Positions 9,615 through 18,263 of a stretch of 64,000 bases of DNA are shown here, piece after piece (within the stretch, counting starts at the first letter, position 1; each line of letters opens with the position of its first letter). The translations under genes were made by a program, and so were the position numbers. The notes beneath the pieces were generated by a model. The model saw nothing but the letters and a program-made list of their open reading frames with translations, was not told the DNA's origin and did not search any database. The stretch is from contig JANLFM010000004.1 in assembly GCA_024655865.1 (NCBI GenBank), positions 19,040 through 83,039 on the forward strand, written 5' to 3'. The stretch is from Caldisericota bacterium. Lineage in GTDB: Bacteria; Caldisericota; JANLFM01.

Positions 9615-10928
9615 ATGGACAAAGAGATTATAAAGCAAGTTATAGTCGAGTCTCAGGAATCCAAATTGCCTGAGATCGTCCCCAGGGATATTGAGATTCC
9701 TCTTTCTTCCCAAAAGATCATTACGATTACGGGGCCGAGAAGGGTTGGGAAAACATATCTTGTCTTCTATTCAATACGCAATCTTATCGAGCAAGGAATC
9801 CCAAGGGAAAGGATTATATACCTCAACTTTGATGACCCCAGGCTTTTGCCCTTTTCCGCAAAGGATGCGGAACTTATTCTTGAAGCCTATCAAGAACTCT
9901 ATCCTGAATATAGGGAAGAGACTAATTATATCTTCCTTGATGAAATCCAGAACGTGAAAGACTGGGAGATAGGGATAAGAAGGCTGTACGATACCAGAAG
10001 ATTTAGAATATTTCTCACGGGTTCTTCCTCGAAATTGTTGGGCAAGGAGATAGCAACTCAGTTAAGGGGAAGGGCATTAAGCTATGAACTCCTCCCCTTC
10101 TCTTTTAAAGAGATTCTCTGGGCAAAAGGAATAAAGGATTATAAAAGTCTTTTCTACTCTCAAGAAAGGTTCCGCATAAAGAAATATCTGGAAGAGTATT
10201 TAGAAATGGGAGGGTTTCCCGAGGTTGTCTTAGAGGATGCCTTAGACATAAAGATAAGGACATTGAGAGAATATGTGGAGACCATATTTTTTAGGGATTT
10301 AGTGGAACACTACAATATCAAAAACCAATTGCTATTAAGAGAGCTTATCAGATACCTTAGCACGAACACCGCTTCTATATTCTCCTTAAATTCTTTCTAC
10401 AAATGGATAAAAGAGATCTATCACATCACCCCGAGGACCCTATTGAACTATATTGGTCATCTTGAGGACATAGGGCTTTTCTTTTTCACAAGGAGGTTCT
10501 CCTTCTCTTTAAAGGAGCAGGCCAAAACTCTAAGAAAGTGCCATATTGTAGATAATGGCATAAGACTCGCCTATGGATTTAGGTTCAGCGAAGACAAAGG
10601 CAAAAATCTGGAAAACTCTGTCTTTTTGGAACTTGCCCATAGAAAAGTCCGGAATCCCTTTATGGAGATATTTTACTGGCAGGATTACAGAGGAAAAGAA
10701 GTAGACTTTGTAGTTACAGAAGGTAAAAGAGTGACATCCCTCATTCAGGCCTGCTTTAAAATTGAGGATATTAAAGCTAAAGAGAGGGAAATATCATCTC
10801 TTATTAAGGCTTCAGAGGAATTGAGATGCGCCAACCTTCTTGTAATAACCCTCGACTACGAGAAAGAAGAAGTAATTAATGATAAAAGACTAACCTTTAT
10901 GCCCTTCTGGAAGTGGGCTTTATTATGA
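9615..10928 (+). CDS. AAA+ ATPase of the AAA_14/DUF4143 (COG1373) family with a C-terminal PD-(D/E)xK-like domain
   Basis: Has the Walker A motif GPRRVGKTY and Walker B motif IFLDEIQ. The C-terminus carries ...YWQDYRGKEVDFVV...K, typical of the restriction-endonuclease-like DUF4143. GC is ~42% against ~56% in the flanks. Confidence 0.75.
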   Translation: MDKEIIKQVIVESQESKLPEIVPRDIEIPLSSQKIITITGPRRVGKTYLVFYSIRNLIEQGIPRERIIYLNFDDPRLLPFSAKDAELILEAYQELYPEYREETNYIFLDEIQNVKDWEIGIRRLYDTRRFRIFLTGSSSKLLGKEIATQLRGRALSYELLPFSFKEILWAKGIKDYKSLFYSQERFRIKKYLEEYLEMGGFPEVVLEDALDIKIRTLREYVETIFFRDLVEHYNIKNQLLLRELIRYLSTNTASIFSLNSFYKWIKEIYHITPRTLLNYIGHLEDIGLFFFTRRFSFSLKEQAKTLRKCHIVDNGIRLAYGFRFSEDKGKNLENSVFLELAHRKVRNPFMEIFYWQDYRGKEVDFVVTEGKRVTSLIQACFKIEDIKAKEREISSLIKASEELRCANLLVITLDYEKEEVINDKRLTFMPFWKWALL

Positions 10929-11080
10929 ATAAAACTCTGATGATGAGCGCTCTGCTTCGGCTGCCACTTGAAAAGGGCTCTGAAAGGGAATTCACCCCCT
11001 TACCTGTTTGATGTCCATTTTCGGAGGAAGGCTCCCTTTAGGCAAAGCTGGAAATTTAGCTTTAGACTTCTCTCCATGAA

Positions 11081-11146
11081 ATGGTATAATTTTGTTCAGT
11101 AGAGTGAACAAAAATGGTACGATTTTGTTCAGTAGAGTGAACAAAA
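11081..11146 (+). promoter_or_regulatory. Two tandem 33-bp units, each containing the palindrome TTGTTCAgtagagTGAACAA, immediately upstream of the second ATPase gene; also contains TATAAT
   Basis: Read directly: atggtataattttgttcagtagagtgaacaaaa followed by atggtacgattttgttcagtagagtgaacaaaa. Confidence 0.4.
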
Positions 11147-11156
11147 TTTAAACGAG

Positions 11157-12557
11157 GTGCCTATGATAGATTTAGAGCGATATAACCCATGGTGGATTAG
11201 GAGTGAGGGTATGGAGACCGATCCTCAATGGCGAGCCTTCAGGGATTCGCGCCTTCGTTGGCAGCCGAAAATCCTTCAGAAATTAGATTTACAAAAAGAA
11301 GGGGTTTATACTCTCCGTGGTCCCCGTCAGGTAGGGAAAACCACGCTGATTAAGATCTGGATCTCTCAACTCCTTGAAAATCACGTTGACCCCAGGGCAG
11401 TGTTTTATTACTCCTGTGATCTTTTAAACGACAAAAAGGAACTTTTTGCGGTTCTGGAACAATATCAAAACATCTCTCTTAATCGAGGGTTCAAGCATCG
11501 CTATATCTTTCTTGATGAGGTAACCCTCATTGAGGACTGGCAGCACGCTGTGAAGCAGGCAGTTGACCTGGGATGGATGCAAAATACCACAATCCTGGCA
11601 TCTGGTTCTTCGGCCATAGACCTGCGCAGGGGTGCTGAGAGGATGCCTGGGCGTCGTGGGCGAGCGGAAAAGTTAGACTGGGTGCTTATGCCTCTTTCCT
11701 TTGGAGAATTCTTAAAGTATTGCTATCCGGAGCTCCCAACATTAACCATCTCCCTTGATCTTCTTTGTAACGGGGTCCAAATTAAAAATCTCGTTTCCGA
11801 TTGGTTAAGCTTTGCTTTAAGGTTCCAGTTTGCTTTAGAAGAGTATCTCAAAACGGGCGGCTTTCCTCTGGCACTGGAGCGATACTTAAGACAGAGAGAG
11901 GTTGATGAGAGCCTCAGACAGGCCTATCTATCGGTTTTGCGCTCGGATGTGGAAAAATTGCGCCGGAACCGTGGAATCTTGAACAGTCTCCTGGCTCGAA
12001 TAGTGATTACAGAAGGCTCCCCTCAAAGCTGGCAAAACCTCAGTAAAGATGCGGGGATTGGCTCCCCGAACACAGCAATAGATTATGTAGAAATTTTAGG
12101 GGATTCCTTCTTACTTTTTGTTCTCCAGGCCCTGGATCGAAACAGGAAAGCAGCAGAACCAAAAAAGGACAAAAAAATTTATTTTTGCGACCCTCTGGTT
12201 CGAGATGCGATCTCGAAGGATTTGGGTTTACCTGGGCTTCCTCTGGAGCATAAAGTAGAGGCTGCTGTGGGGTTTCATCTAATCAGGCTTTTTGAGAAAA
12301 ACCCTGAGGAAGGGTTATCTCATTTAAACAAAGTTTATTACTGGCGCAATGTTAAGGGAAAAGAAGTAGACTTTGTTGCCCTTTATGAGAAAGGGGTTCT
12401 TCCTCTTGAAGTTAAGTTTCAAGAAAGTATCAACAAAGAAGATTATTCCCTTATTCAGCGCAGTTTCGGTTCAGGCGTAGTGGTCACCAAAAACGTTTTG
12501 GAGCGAAGGGAGGGTATCCTTTTTCTTCCTGCAGCCCTTTTCCTTCAAATGGAGTAA
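11157..12557 (+). CDS. AAA+ ATPase AAA_14/DUF4143 (COG1373) paralogue; likely ATG start at 11163
   Basis: Has the Walker A motif GPRQVGKTT and Walker B motif IFLDEVT. The C-terminus carries YYWRNVKGKEVDFVA...EVK. Confidence 0.75.
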   Translation: MPMIDLERYNPWWIRSEGMETDPQWRAFRDSRLRWQPKILQKLDLQKEGVYTLRGPRQVGKTTLIKIWISQLLENHVDPRAVFYYSCDLLNDKKELFAVLEQYQNISLNRGFKHRYIFLDEVTLIEDWQHAVKQAVDLGWMQNTTILASGSSAIDLRRGAERMPGRRGRAEKLDWVLMPLSFGEFLKYCYPELPTLTISLDLLCNGVQIKNLVSDWLSFALRFQFALEEYLKTGGFPLALERYLRQREVDESLRQAYLSVLRSDVEKLRRNRGILNSLLARIVITEGSPQSWQNLSKDAGIGSPNTAIDYVEILGDSFLLFVLQALDRNRKAAEPKKDKKIYFCDPLVRDAISKDLGLPGLPLEHKVEAAVGFHLIRLFEKNPEEGLSHLNKVYYWRNVKGKEVDFVALYEKGVLPLEVKFQESINKEDYSLIQRSFGSGVVVTKNVLERREGILFLPAALFLQME

Positions 12558-12629
12558 GCGCAGGGCCCGTCCCCAAAGTCAACCTTAAAGTTTATAATTG
12601 TGAGGAAAACAAAACTTAAGGAGAAGCCC

Positions 12630-13667
12630 ATGGTCAAGGTGGTTTTTCTGGCTGGAGGAAGCGGGGAACGCTTCTGGCCTAAAAGTCGAAAAGGGAAGCC
12701 CAAGCAGTTCCTGAAGCTTTTAGGAGAAAATTCCCTCCTCAGGGAGTCCTTCCTGCGCATCCAGGGGTTCGTCCCCGAGGAGGCGGTCTATCTCGTGACC
12801 TATTGGGAGCACAGGATGCTCGCAAGAAAGGAATTGCCCGAGATTCCCGAGGAAAACGTCATAGGGGAACCTATGGGGAGAAATACCGCCGCTGCCATCA
12901 TTCTGGCCTCTTTAATCCTGGACGAGGAAGACATTATGGTGGTCCTTCCCTCAGACCACTACATCCCGGAGGTGGAGAAGTTCCAGGAAACCCTGCGCAA
13001 GGCCATCGTCCTCGCAGAGAAAGGGTATCTTACCACCATTGGCATTCAGCCCTCGCGACCGGAAACGGGCTACGGATATATCGAGGTGGAGGAGGAAATT
13101 CCCGGAGGGTTTAGGGTGAGACGCTTCCGGGAGAAGCCCTCCCGGGAAGTGGCGGAGGAGTTCCTTTCCTCCGGGAGGCACTTTTGGAATTCCGGAATGT
13201 TCATCTGGCGCATCAGCACTTTCAGGGAAGCTGCGCGCAAATATCTCCCCCATACTTACAGTGTGCTCGAAGAAGCAAGCGAATCCTATCAGGACCTGGC
13301 TGCGCTCGCTCGGGCCTACGAACAAATAGAGAGCATCTCCGTGGATTACGCCATCATGGAGAAAGCGGAGAACGTGGCCATGGTGAAAGGGGACTTCCTC
13401 TGGTCGGACGTGGGAAGCTGGCTTTCCCTGGCTGAACTCTTAGGAAAAGGGGGAGCATATGCGGAAAACCCTCACCTGGTTACGGCCAGCGAGGCGGAAA
13501 AATACCTGATTTTGGGGAATACCAAGGAGGTAGCCATTCTGGGCTTGAAGGATGTGGGTTTTATTGAGACCGAGGACGCCATCTTGATCTTGAACCTGGA
13601 AAATGCCCAGGATGTGCGGAAGATCGTGGCCCAACTCAGGGAGAAAGGGAAGGAGCACCTCCTTTAA
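12630..13667 (+). CDS. manC: Mannose-1-phosphate guanylyltransferase (GDP-mannose pyrophosphorylase)
   Basis: Carries LAGGSGERFWP. The RBS AAGGAGAAG lies 5 nt upstream of ATG 12630, and the protein is ~345 aa. Confidence 0.8.
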   Translation: MVKVVFLAGGSGERFWPKSRKGKPKQFLKLLGENSLLRESFLRIQGFVPEEAVYLVTYWEHRMLARKELPEIPEENVIGEPMGRNTAAAIILASLILDEEDIMVVLPSDHYIPEVEKFQETLRKAIVLAEKGYLTTIGIQPSRPETGYGYIEVEEEIPGGFRVRRFREKPSREVAEEFLSSGRHFWNSGMFIWRISTFREAARKYLPHTYSVLEEASESYQDLAALARAYEQIESISVDYAIMEKAENVAMVKGDFLWSDVGSWLSLAELLGKGGAYAENPHLVTASEAEKYLILGNTKEVAILGLKDVGFIETEDAILILNLENAQDVRKIVAQLREKGKEHLL

Positions 13668-14599
13668 TGGCCACCTATCTCGTCACGGGAGGAGCAGGGT
13701 TCATCGGATCGCATCTCGTGGAGCTCCTCCTCGCTTCCGGCCACAGGGTGAAGGTCTTAGACGACCTTTCCACGGGCTCCCTGAAAAACCTTGAGGCTTT
13801 ACAGGACAAAATTGAGTTCTACAAGGGGGATATCCGCTATCCGGAGAAAGTGGCGGAGGCTTTCTCAGATTTAGACGGGGTCTTCCATTTGGCAGCCATC
13901 TCCTCTGTGGAGCGCTCCCTCTTGGAGCCAGAAATCACGCGCGAGGTGAACGTCAGGGGCACCCTCCAGGTGCTCCTCGCCTCCAAAAAGCACCGGGTGA
14001 AAAGGGTGGTCTTCATTTCTTCAGCTTCGGTTTACGGAAATCCGGAGACCTTTCCCATTTCGGAGGAGCAAGAACCGCGCCCCCTTTCCCCTTACGGAGC
14101 AACCAAAGTTGCAGGGGAGGCCCACACCAGTGCCTTTTTCAATTTGGGCTTCCTGGAGACGGTCTCGCTCCGGCTCTTTAACATCTATGGCCCGCGTCAG
14201 GACCCCGCCTCCCCCTATTCCGGGGTGATCAGCAAGTTCCTGGAAGCGGCGGTTTCCGGGAGGGAGCCCGTGCTTTTCGGGGACGGAAAGCAGACTCGGG
14301 ACTTCCTCTACGTGGAGGACGCCTGCCGGGCCATGCTCATTGCAATGGAAAAAGAAGAAGCAGCAGGCCAGGTCTTCAATATCGCCAGTGGGAAGGAAAC
14401 GAGTATTACGGACTTGGGAAAAATCATCTTTTCCCTTATGGGAAAAGATTTTGAGCCTGAGAAGAAGCCGGAAAGGCCTGGGGATATCCGGAGGTCCCTG
14501 GCTTCTATTGAAAAGGCCGAGAGAATCTTAGGATGGAGGCCCCAAGTCTCCCTCGAGGAAGGGCTCAAGAAAACCTTAGAGTGGGTAAAATCCCTCTAA
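13667..14599 (+). CDS. NAD-dependent nucleotide-sugar epimerase/dehydratase (UDP-hexose 4-epimerase-like)
   Basis: Has VTGGAGFIGSHLV and the YxxxK motif YGATKVAGE. Confidence 0.8.
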   Translation: MATYLVTGGAGFIGSHLVELLLASGHRVKVLDDLSTGSLKNLEALQDKIEFYKGDIRYPEKVAEAFSDLDGVFHLAAISSVERSLLEPEITREVNVRGTLQVLLASKKHRVKRVVFISSASVYGNPETFPISEEQEPRPLSPYGATKVAGEAHTSAFFNLGFLETVSLRLFNIYGPRQDPASPYSGVISKFLEAAVSGREPVLFGDGKQTRDFLYVEDACRAMLIAMEKEEAAGQVFNIASGKETSITDLGKIIFSLMGKDFEPEKKPERPGDIRRSLASIEKAERILGWRPQVSLEEGLKKTLEWVKSL

Positions 14600-16854
14600 G
14601 GCAGGGTTTTCAGCTTCTCTAAAATATCCTGGGCGTCCTTGTTCTGAGGATCGAAGCTCAAAAGCTTCTCCGCCAGCTCCTTGGACCTGTTCAGGTATTT
14701 GTTCGCTTCCTCTGTTTTCCCTTCCCCCTTAAGTTTGGCGCCGTAATTGAAGTTGGTCTGGGCTCCTAAAAGAAGGCTGTAATTGCGGTTCTCCGTGGGC
14801 TGGGCGTAGAGCACTCCCTTTTCTGCTTTCTCCACGGCTTTATCCGGTTCCCCAAGTTCGGTGTAGATGGAGGCGAGCTGGAAGTACAGGGGGTAGTCTC
14901 CGGGATCAGCCTGAACCCCTTTCTCGAAGTTCTCCGCGGCTTTCCTTAAGAGCTCCTGACGTTGGTCCGGCTTCTCGGTCGCTTCTTCCTGATAGGAGCG
15001 CCCCAGCATCATATAGACGTTCTCCAGATACATTGTGGTCTTCAAAGCCTCCTGCCACTCTTCCCTGGCCAGGGAGCGGTACTTTTCCTTCAGAGTGGGG
15101 TCCGTGATCCTGCGTGAAAGCTCGTAATAAAGGTTTCCCAGCCCGGAGGTGTGTCCCTCGGTGGCGGTGCGATATCCGGCCTCCCAGGGATTGAGCATCA
15201 CGGCCTGCGAGTAGTTATCTAAAGCCTCGGTCAAAAGCCTGTCCCCCTCCTTAAGTATGGAGTCCTTCTTCTGAGAATCGGTTTCCTTCTGCGCTTGCTG
15301 TTCTAAATATTGGGCGGTGCGCACGGCGGTTTCCCCTCGGCCATAAGCTAAATCGGCAGACATGAAGCGAATGGCCCAGTACCCGGAGGTAAAAAGGATC
15401 AGGGCGCAAACGATGTAAACCAGGTATTTTACCGGAGCGTGAAATTCCGGAAGGAGCTTTCTTGAAGGAGTTCTCGCCTCGTAGACGGGAATTCCCCCTG
15501 AGGGAGCAAGCTCCTTTTTCCCGGCTTTAACTTTGACCGGGGCGAGTTCCATCTGGGAGAGCGCCACGTTGAGCGCCATAAGCATCCAGAAATAGAGGAT
15601 AGTGGGAAGGACGCCGAAGGCCACGAGATTCTGACCCAAATACGCCAGAACGCCCACGGCGATCCCGGCAACCATGGCCTTCCAGTAAGGGTCCAGGGCA
15701 GACGTCCAGGTCTTGAAGGAGGTGACGAAGAAAGTCACGAGCATCCACATATAGACCAGAAAGCCAATTGCTCCCCGCATGATCAGCTCGTCCAGATACT
15801 GGTTGTGCATCCGGTCCGGATTGTTCATAGGTTCAATTAAGGAGTAGCGCAGGTCCTTGAAGGGCGGGGAGGCAATGCGTAGGACATCCGGGCCCACTCC
15901 TAAAATGGGGTAAGCGAGGAAAATAGAAAGGCCTCCCAGCCAGATGTAAAACCGGCTCTGGACCGTTCCTATTCTCAAGATGGAGGAGATGAGGTCGGTC
16001 TTCCACACAAGGTACACCAGGATAAGCACGAAAGCCGCCCCAAAAGCGATCAGCCAGTTCTTGTTCTCCCTGTAGGCCCTTTTGCTTATGAAGAATAAAA
16101 GGACAGGAAGGGAAATCACCAGGCCCACATAGGAGCCCCTGGTCTGAGCAACCACAACGTTGAAGGCAAGAAGGCCAATGTAAACCAGAAGGTAAAGCTT
16201 GAGCTCCAGTTTTGGGGCGTAAAGGAACTTCATCAGGGCAATGGGGAAAAGCATGATGAGAAAGTGAGGGAAGAAGTCCGGGTTCCCCAAAGTGGAGAAG
16301 GGCCTGCCCTTTGAGGCCCAGGAAATCCAGTCCAGGCCAAAGAACTGAAGCGTCCCATAAATTATGGTCACGAGGCCGGACCAGAGCATCACCTGGAGCA
16401 AGCGGTTCACCTGCTCCGTGGTCTTGTACGTGGAGGAGGCAATGAAGAAAAGGAGAATCATATTGGCGATGGTCCAGAAGCCCTCCTGCCTTAAGTAGTT
16501 GCCTAAAAAGCTCACCTCCGGCCTTAAAGAAAAAATGGAGGAAAGAAGCCAGGATAAAAGGACGGCCAGAACCGGCCAGGTCATGGGGGATTTAAGGCGG
16601 TAGAACTCCCTGGTCTCAAAGAGGCGGATCACCCAGGCCAGAGCCACCGGGATGGTCATAATGCGCAAAAATGTCAGCCGGGGAAGGTTAAAGATGTCCG
16701 CCCCCGTGGAAACGGTGAAGATCAGGGGGACGAAAAAGACAATTAAAATCAGGCCCGCTTCGATGACCTTATCGCACCAGTAAACTACTTTTTCCTTCGT
16801 TTCTGGAATGTGCTTCTTTCCGGATTTACCTTTGGCTTTCTTCATTCCCTCCAT
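14596..16854 (-). CDS. Polytopic O-antigen ligase/Wzy-like membrane protein fused to a C-terminal TPR-repeat domain
   Basis: About 12 predicted TM helices in the first ~430 aa, then a soluble TPR-like repeat region (YGRGETAVRTAQYL...). Confidence 0.7.
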   Translation of the reverse strand: MEGMKKAKGKSGKKHIPETKEKVVYWCDKVIEAGLILIVFFVPLIFTVSTGADIFNLPRLTFLRIMTIPVALAWVIRLFETREFYRLKSPMTWPVLAVLLSWLLSSIFSLRPEVSFLGNYLRQEGFWTIANMILLFFIASSTYKTTEQVNRLLQVMLWSGLVTIIYGTLQFFGLDWISWASKGRPFSTLGNPDFFPHFLIMLFPIALMKFLYAPKLELKLYLLVYIGLLAFNVVVAQTRGSYVGLVISLPVLLFFISKRAYRENKNWLIAFGAAFVLILVYLVWKTDLISSILRIGTVQSRFYIWLGGLSIFLAYPILGVGPDVLRIASPPFKDLRYSLIEPMNNPDRMHNQYLDELIMRGAIGFLVYMWMLVTFFVTSFKTWTSALDPYWKAMVAGIAVGVLAYLGQNLVAFGVLPTILYFWMLMALNVALSQMELAPVKVKAGKKELAPSGGIPVYEARTPSRKLLPEFHAPVKYLVYIVCALILFTSGYWAIRFMSADLAYGRGETAVRTAQYLEQQAQKETDSQKKDSILKEGDRLLTEALDNYSQAVMLNPWEAGYRTATEGHTSGLGNLYYELSRRITDPTLKEKYRSLAREEWQEALKTTMYLENVYMMLGRSYQEEATEKPDQRQELLRKAAENFEKGVQADPGDYPLYFQLASIYTELGEPDKAVEKAEKGVLYAQPTENRNYSLLLGAQTNFNYGAKLKGEGKTEEANKYLNRSKELAEKLLSFDPQNKDAQDILEKLKTLP

Positions 16855-16869
16855 ACCCTCCAGTTATTA

Positions 16870-18210
16870 TTATCTTGCTCCCTTTCTGCCCAGCATTAAT
16901 TTAAAGGTCAAAAAGAGCAGGCGCAAGTTAAGCAAAAACGATTGGTTGCGAATGTAGGCCAGATCATATCTCAGCTTGTTTGCCGGGCTGGTCTCGTAAG
17001 TGCCGTAGATCTGGGCCATCCCGGTCATTCCGGGCTTCACCAGAAAGCGCAGGGAGTAACCGGGGACTTCCTTTTCAAATTGTTCCACGAAGACCGGGCG
17101 CTCCGGCCTGGGACCCACCAGGCTCATCTCTCCCTTTAAGACGTTCAAGAACTGGGGAAACTCGTCTACGCGCAGGAGCCTGAGGAAGCGGCCGAAGGGG
17201 GTAATCCTGGGATCCTTCTCCTGAGCGAAGACCGGTCCAGTCTCCTTTTCTGCATCCGGCTTCATGGTGCGAAACTTGATCAAATTGAAAACCTTTCCTC
17301 CCAGCCCCACCCTTTCTTGCTTGAAAAAAATGGGACCGGGGGAAGTGAGCTTAATCCCCAAAGCTGCAAAAAGAAGGAGCGGAGAAAGGACAATTAAAAG
17401 GAGGAGAGCACCGAAAATATCCAGGGCGCGGATCAGGAAGCGATCCGTGGAGGAAACATCCCGCCAGAGTTCTACTATGGGGACGTTCCCTAAGCGGGAG
17501 AAGTTTGAGCTTCCCGTGAGCATTTCATAAAGGGAAGGCACCATAGAGATTTTGACCCCTTTTCTTCTGGCCTCAATTAAAAGGTCGAGAATCCGGGGCG
17601 CGATCTCCGGGGAGGAGAGGATTAAAATCTCCTCCGCTTTTGCTTCCTTTAAAAGTTGATCGCAGGGACCGGGAGGGAAGGCCTTAAGTCCTGGGACCTC
17701 CTCCTGATTCTCACTGATCCAGCCCACAACCTTCACGGAGTCCGTTTTTCCTTCCTCAAGGAAGCTCTGCACCTCATCCCTTTTTCCTAATAAGAGTGCC
17801 TTGGGTGGAGCCAGGGTGCGCTGGAGCAGATGGGAATCGAGCACGCGGAAGAGAGCAGTTAAAAACCAGAGGAACAAATAAGCGGAAATCAGGGTCAAAC
17901 GGGGAAAGGCAAATTCCCTCAGGAGGAAAAGCATCCCTAAGTGCACGACCACAAATACCCCCACGGCCGGCGCCAGCACTAAGAGATGGTCGAAGAAGCC
18001 AAAGTCCTTCTCCATCTCGTAAACTCCAAAGATTGCCAGGATCAGGATGTAGGTCAGGGTGAAAAGGGGAAAGTATCGCAAATAAGGAAGGAAATTGGCG
18101 TAGGGGATCTCCAGGCCGAAGCGCACTACATAGGCCAGGAGGAAGGAGGCGTTGAGAATTATCGCATCCCCCAGAATCAGAAAAAAAAGGCGGTTCTTGC
18201 TCCAGCTCAC
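16870..18210 (-). CDS. Polyprenyl-phosphate glycosyl-phosphotransferase (WbaP/EpsL-type priming sugar transferase)
   Basis: C-terminal bacterial sugar transferase motifs (KFRTM...DEFPQFLNVLKGEMSLVGPRPERP) follow an N-terminal TM bundle. Confidence 0.85.
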   Translation of the reverse strand: MSWSKNRLFFLILGDAIILNASFLLAYVVRFGLEIPYANFLPYLRYFPLFTLTYILILAIFGVYEMEKDFGFFDHLLVLAPAVGVFVVVHLGMLFLLREFAFPRLTLISAYLFLWFLTALFRVLDSHLLQRTLAPPKALLLGKRDEVQSFLEEGKTDSVKVVGWISENQEEVPGLKAFPPGPCDQLLKEAKAEEILILSSPEIAPRILDLLIEARRKGVKISMVPSLYEMLTGSSNFSRLGNVPIVELWRDVSSTDRFLIRALDIFGALLLLIVLSPLLLFAALGIKLTSPGPIFFKQERVGLGGKVFNLIKFRTMKPDAEKETGPVFAQEKDPRITPFGRFLRLLRVDEFPQFLNVLKGEMSLVGPRPERPVFVEQFEKEVPGYSLRFLVKPGMTGMAQIYGTYETSPANKLRYDLAYIRNQSFLLNLRLLFLTFKLMLGRKGAR

Positions 18211-18263
18211 CTCAGCGCAACATCCTTTCGGACTATTCTCCTAAAGCTTAAAATTGAACTTCT

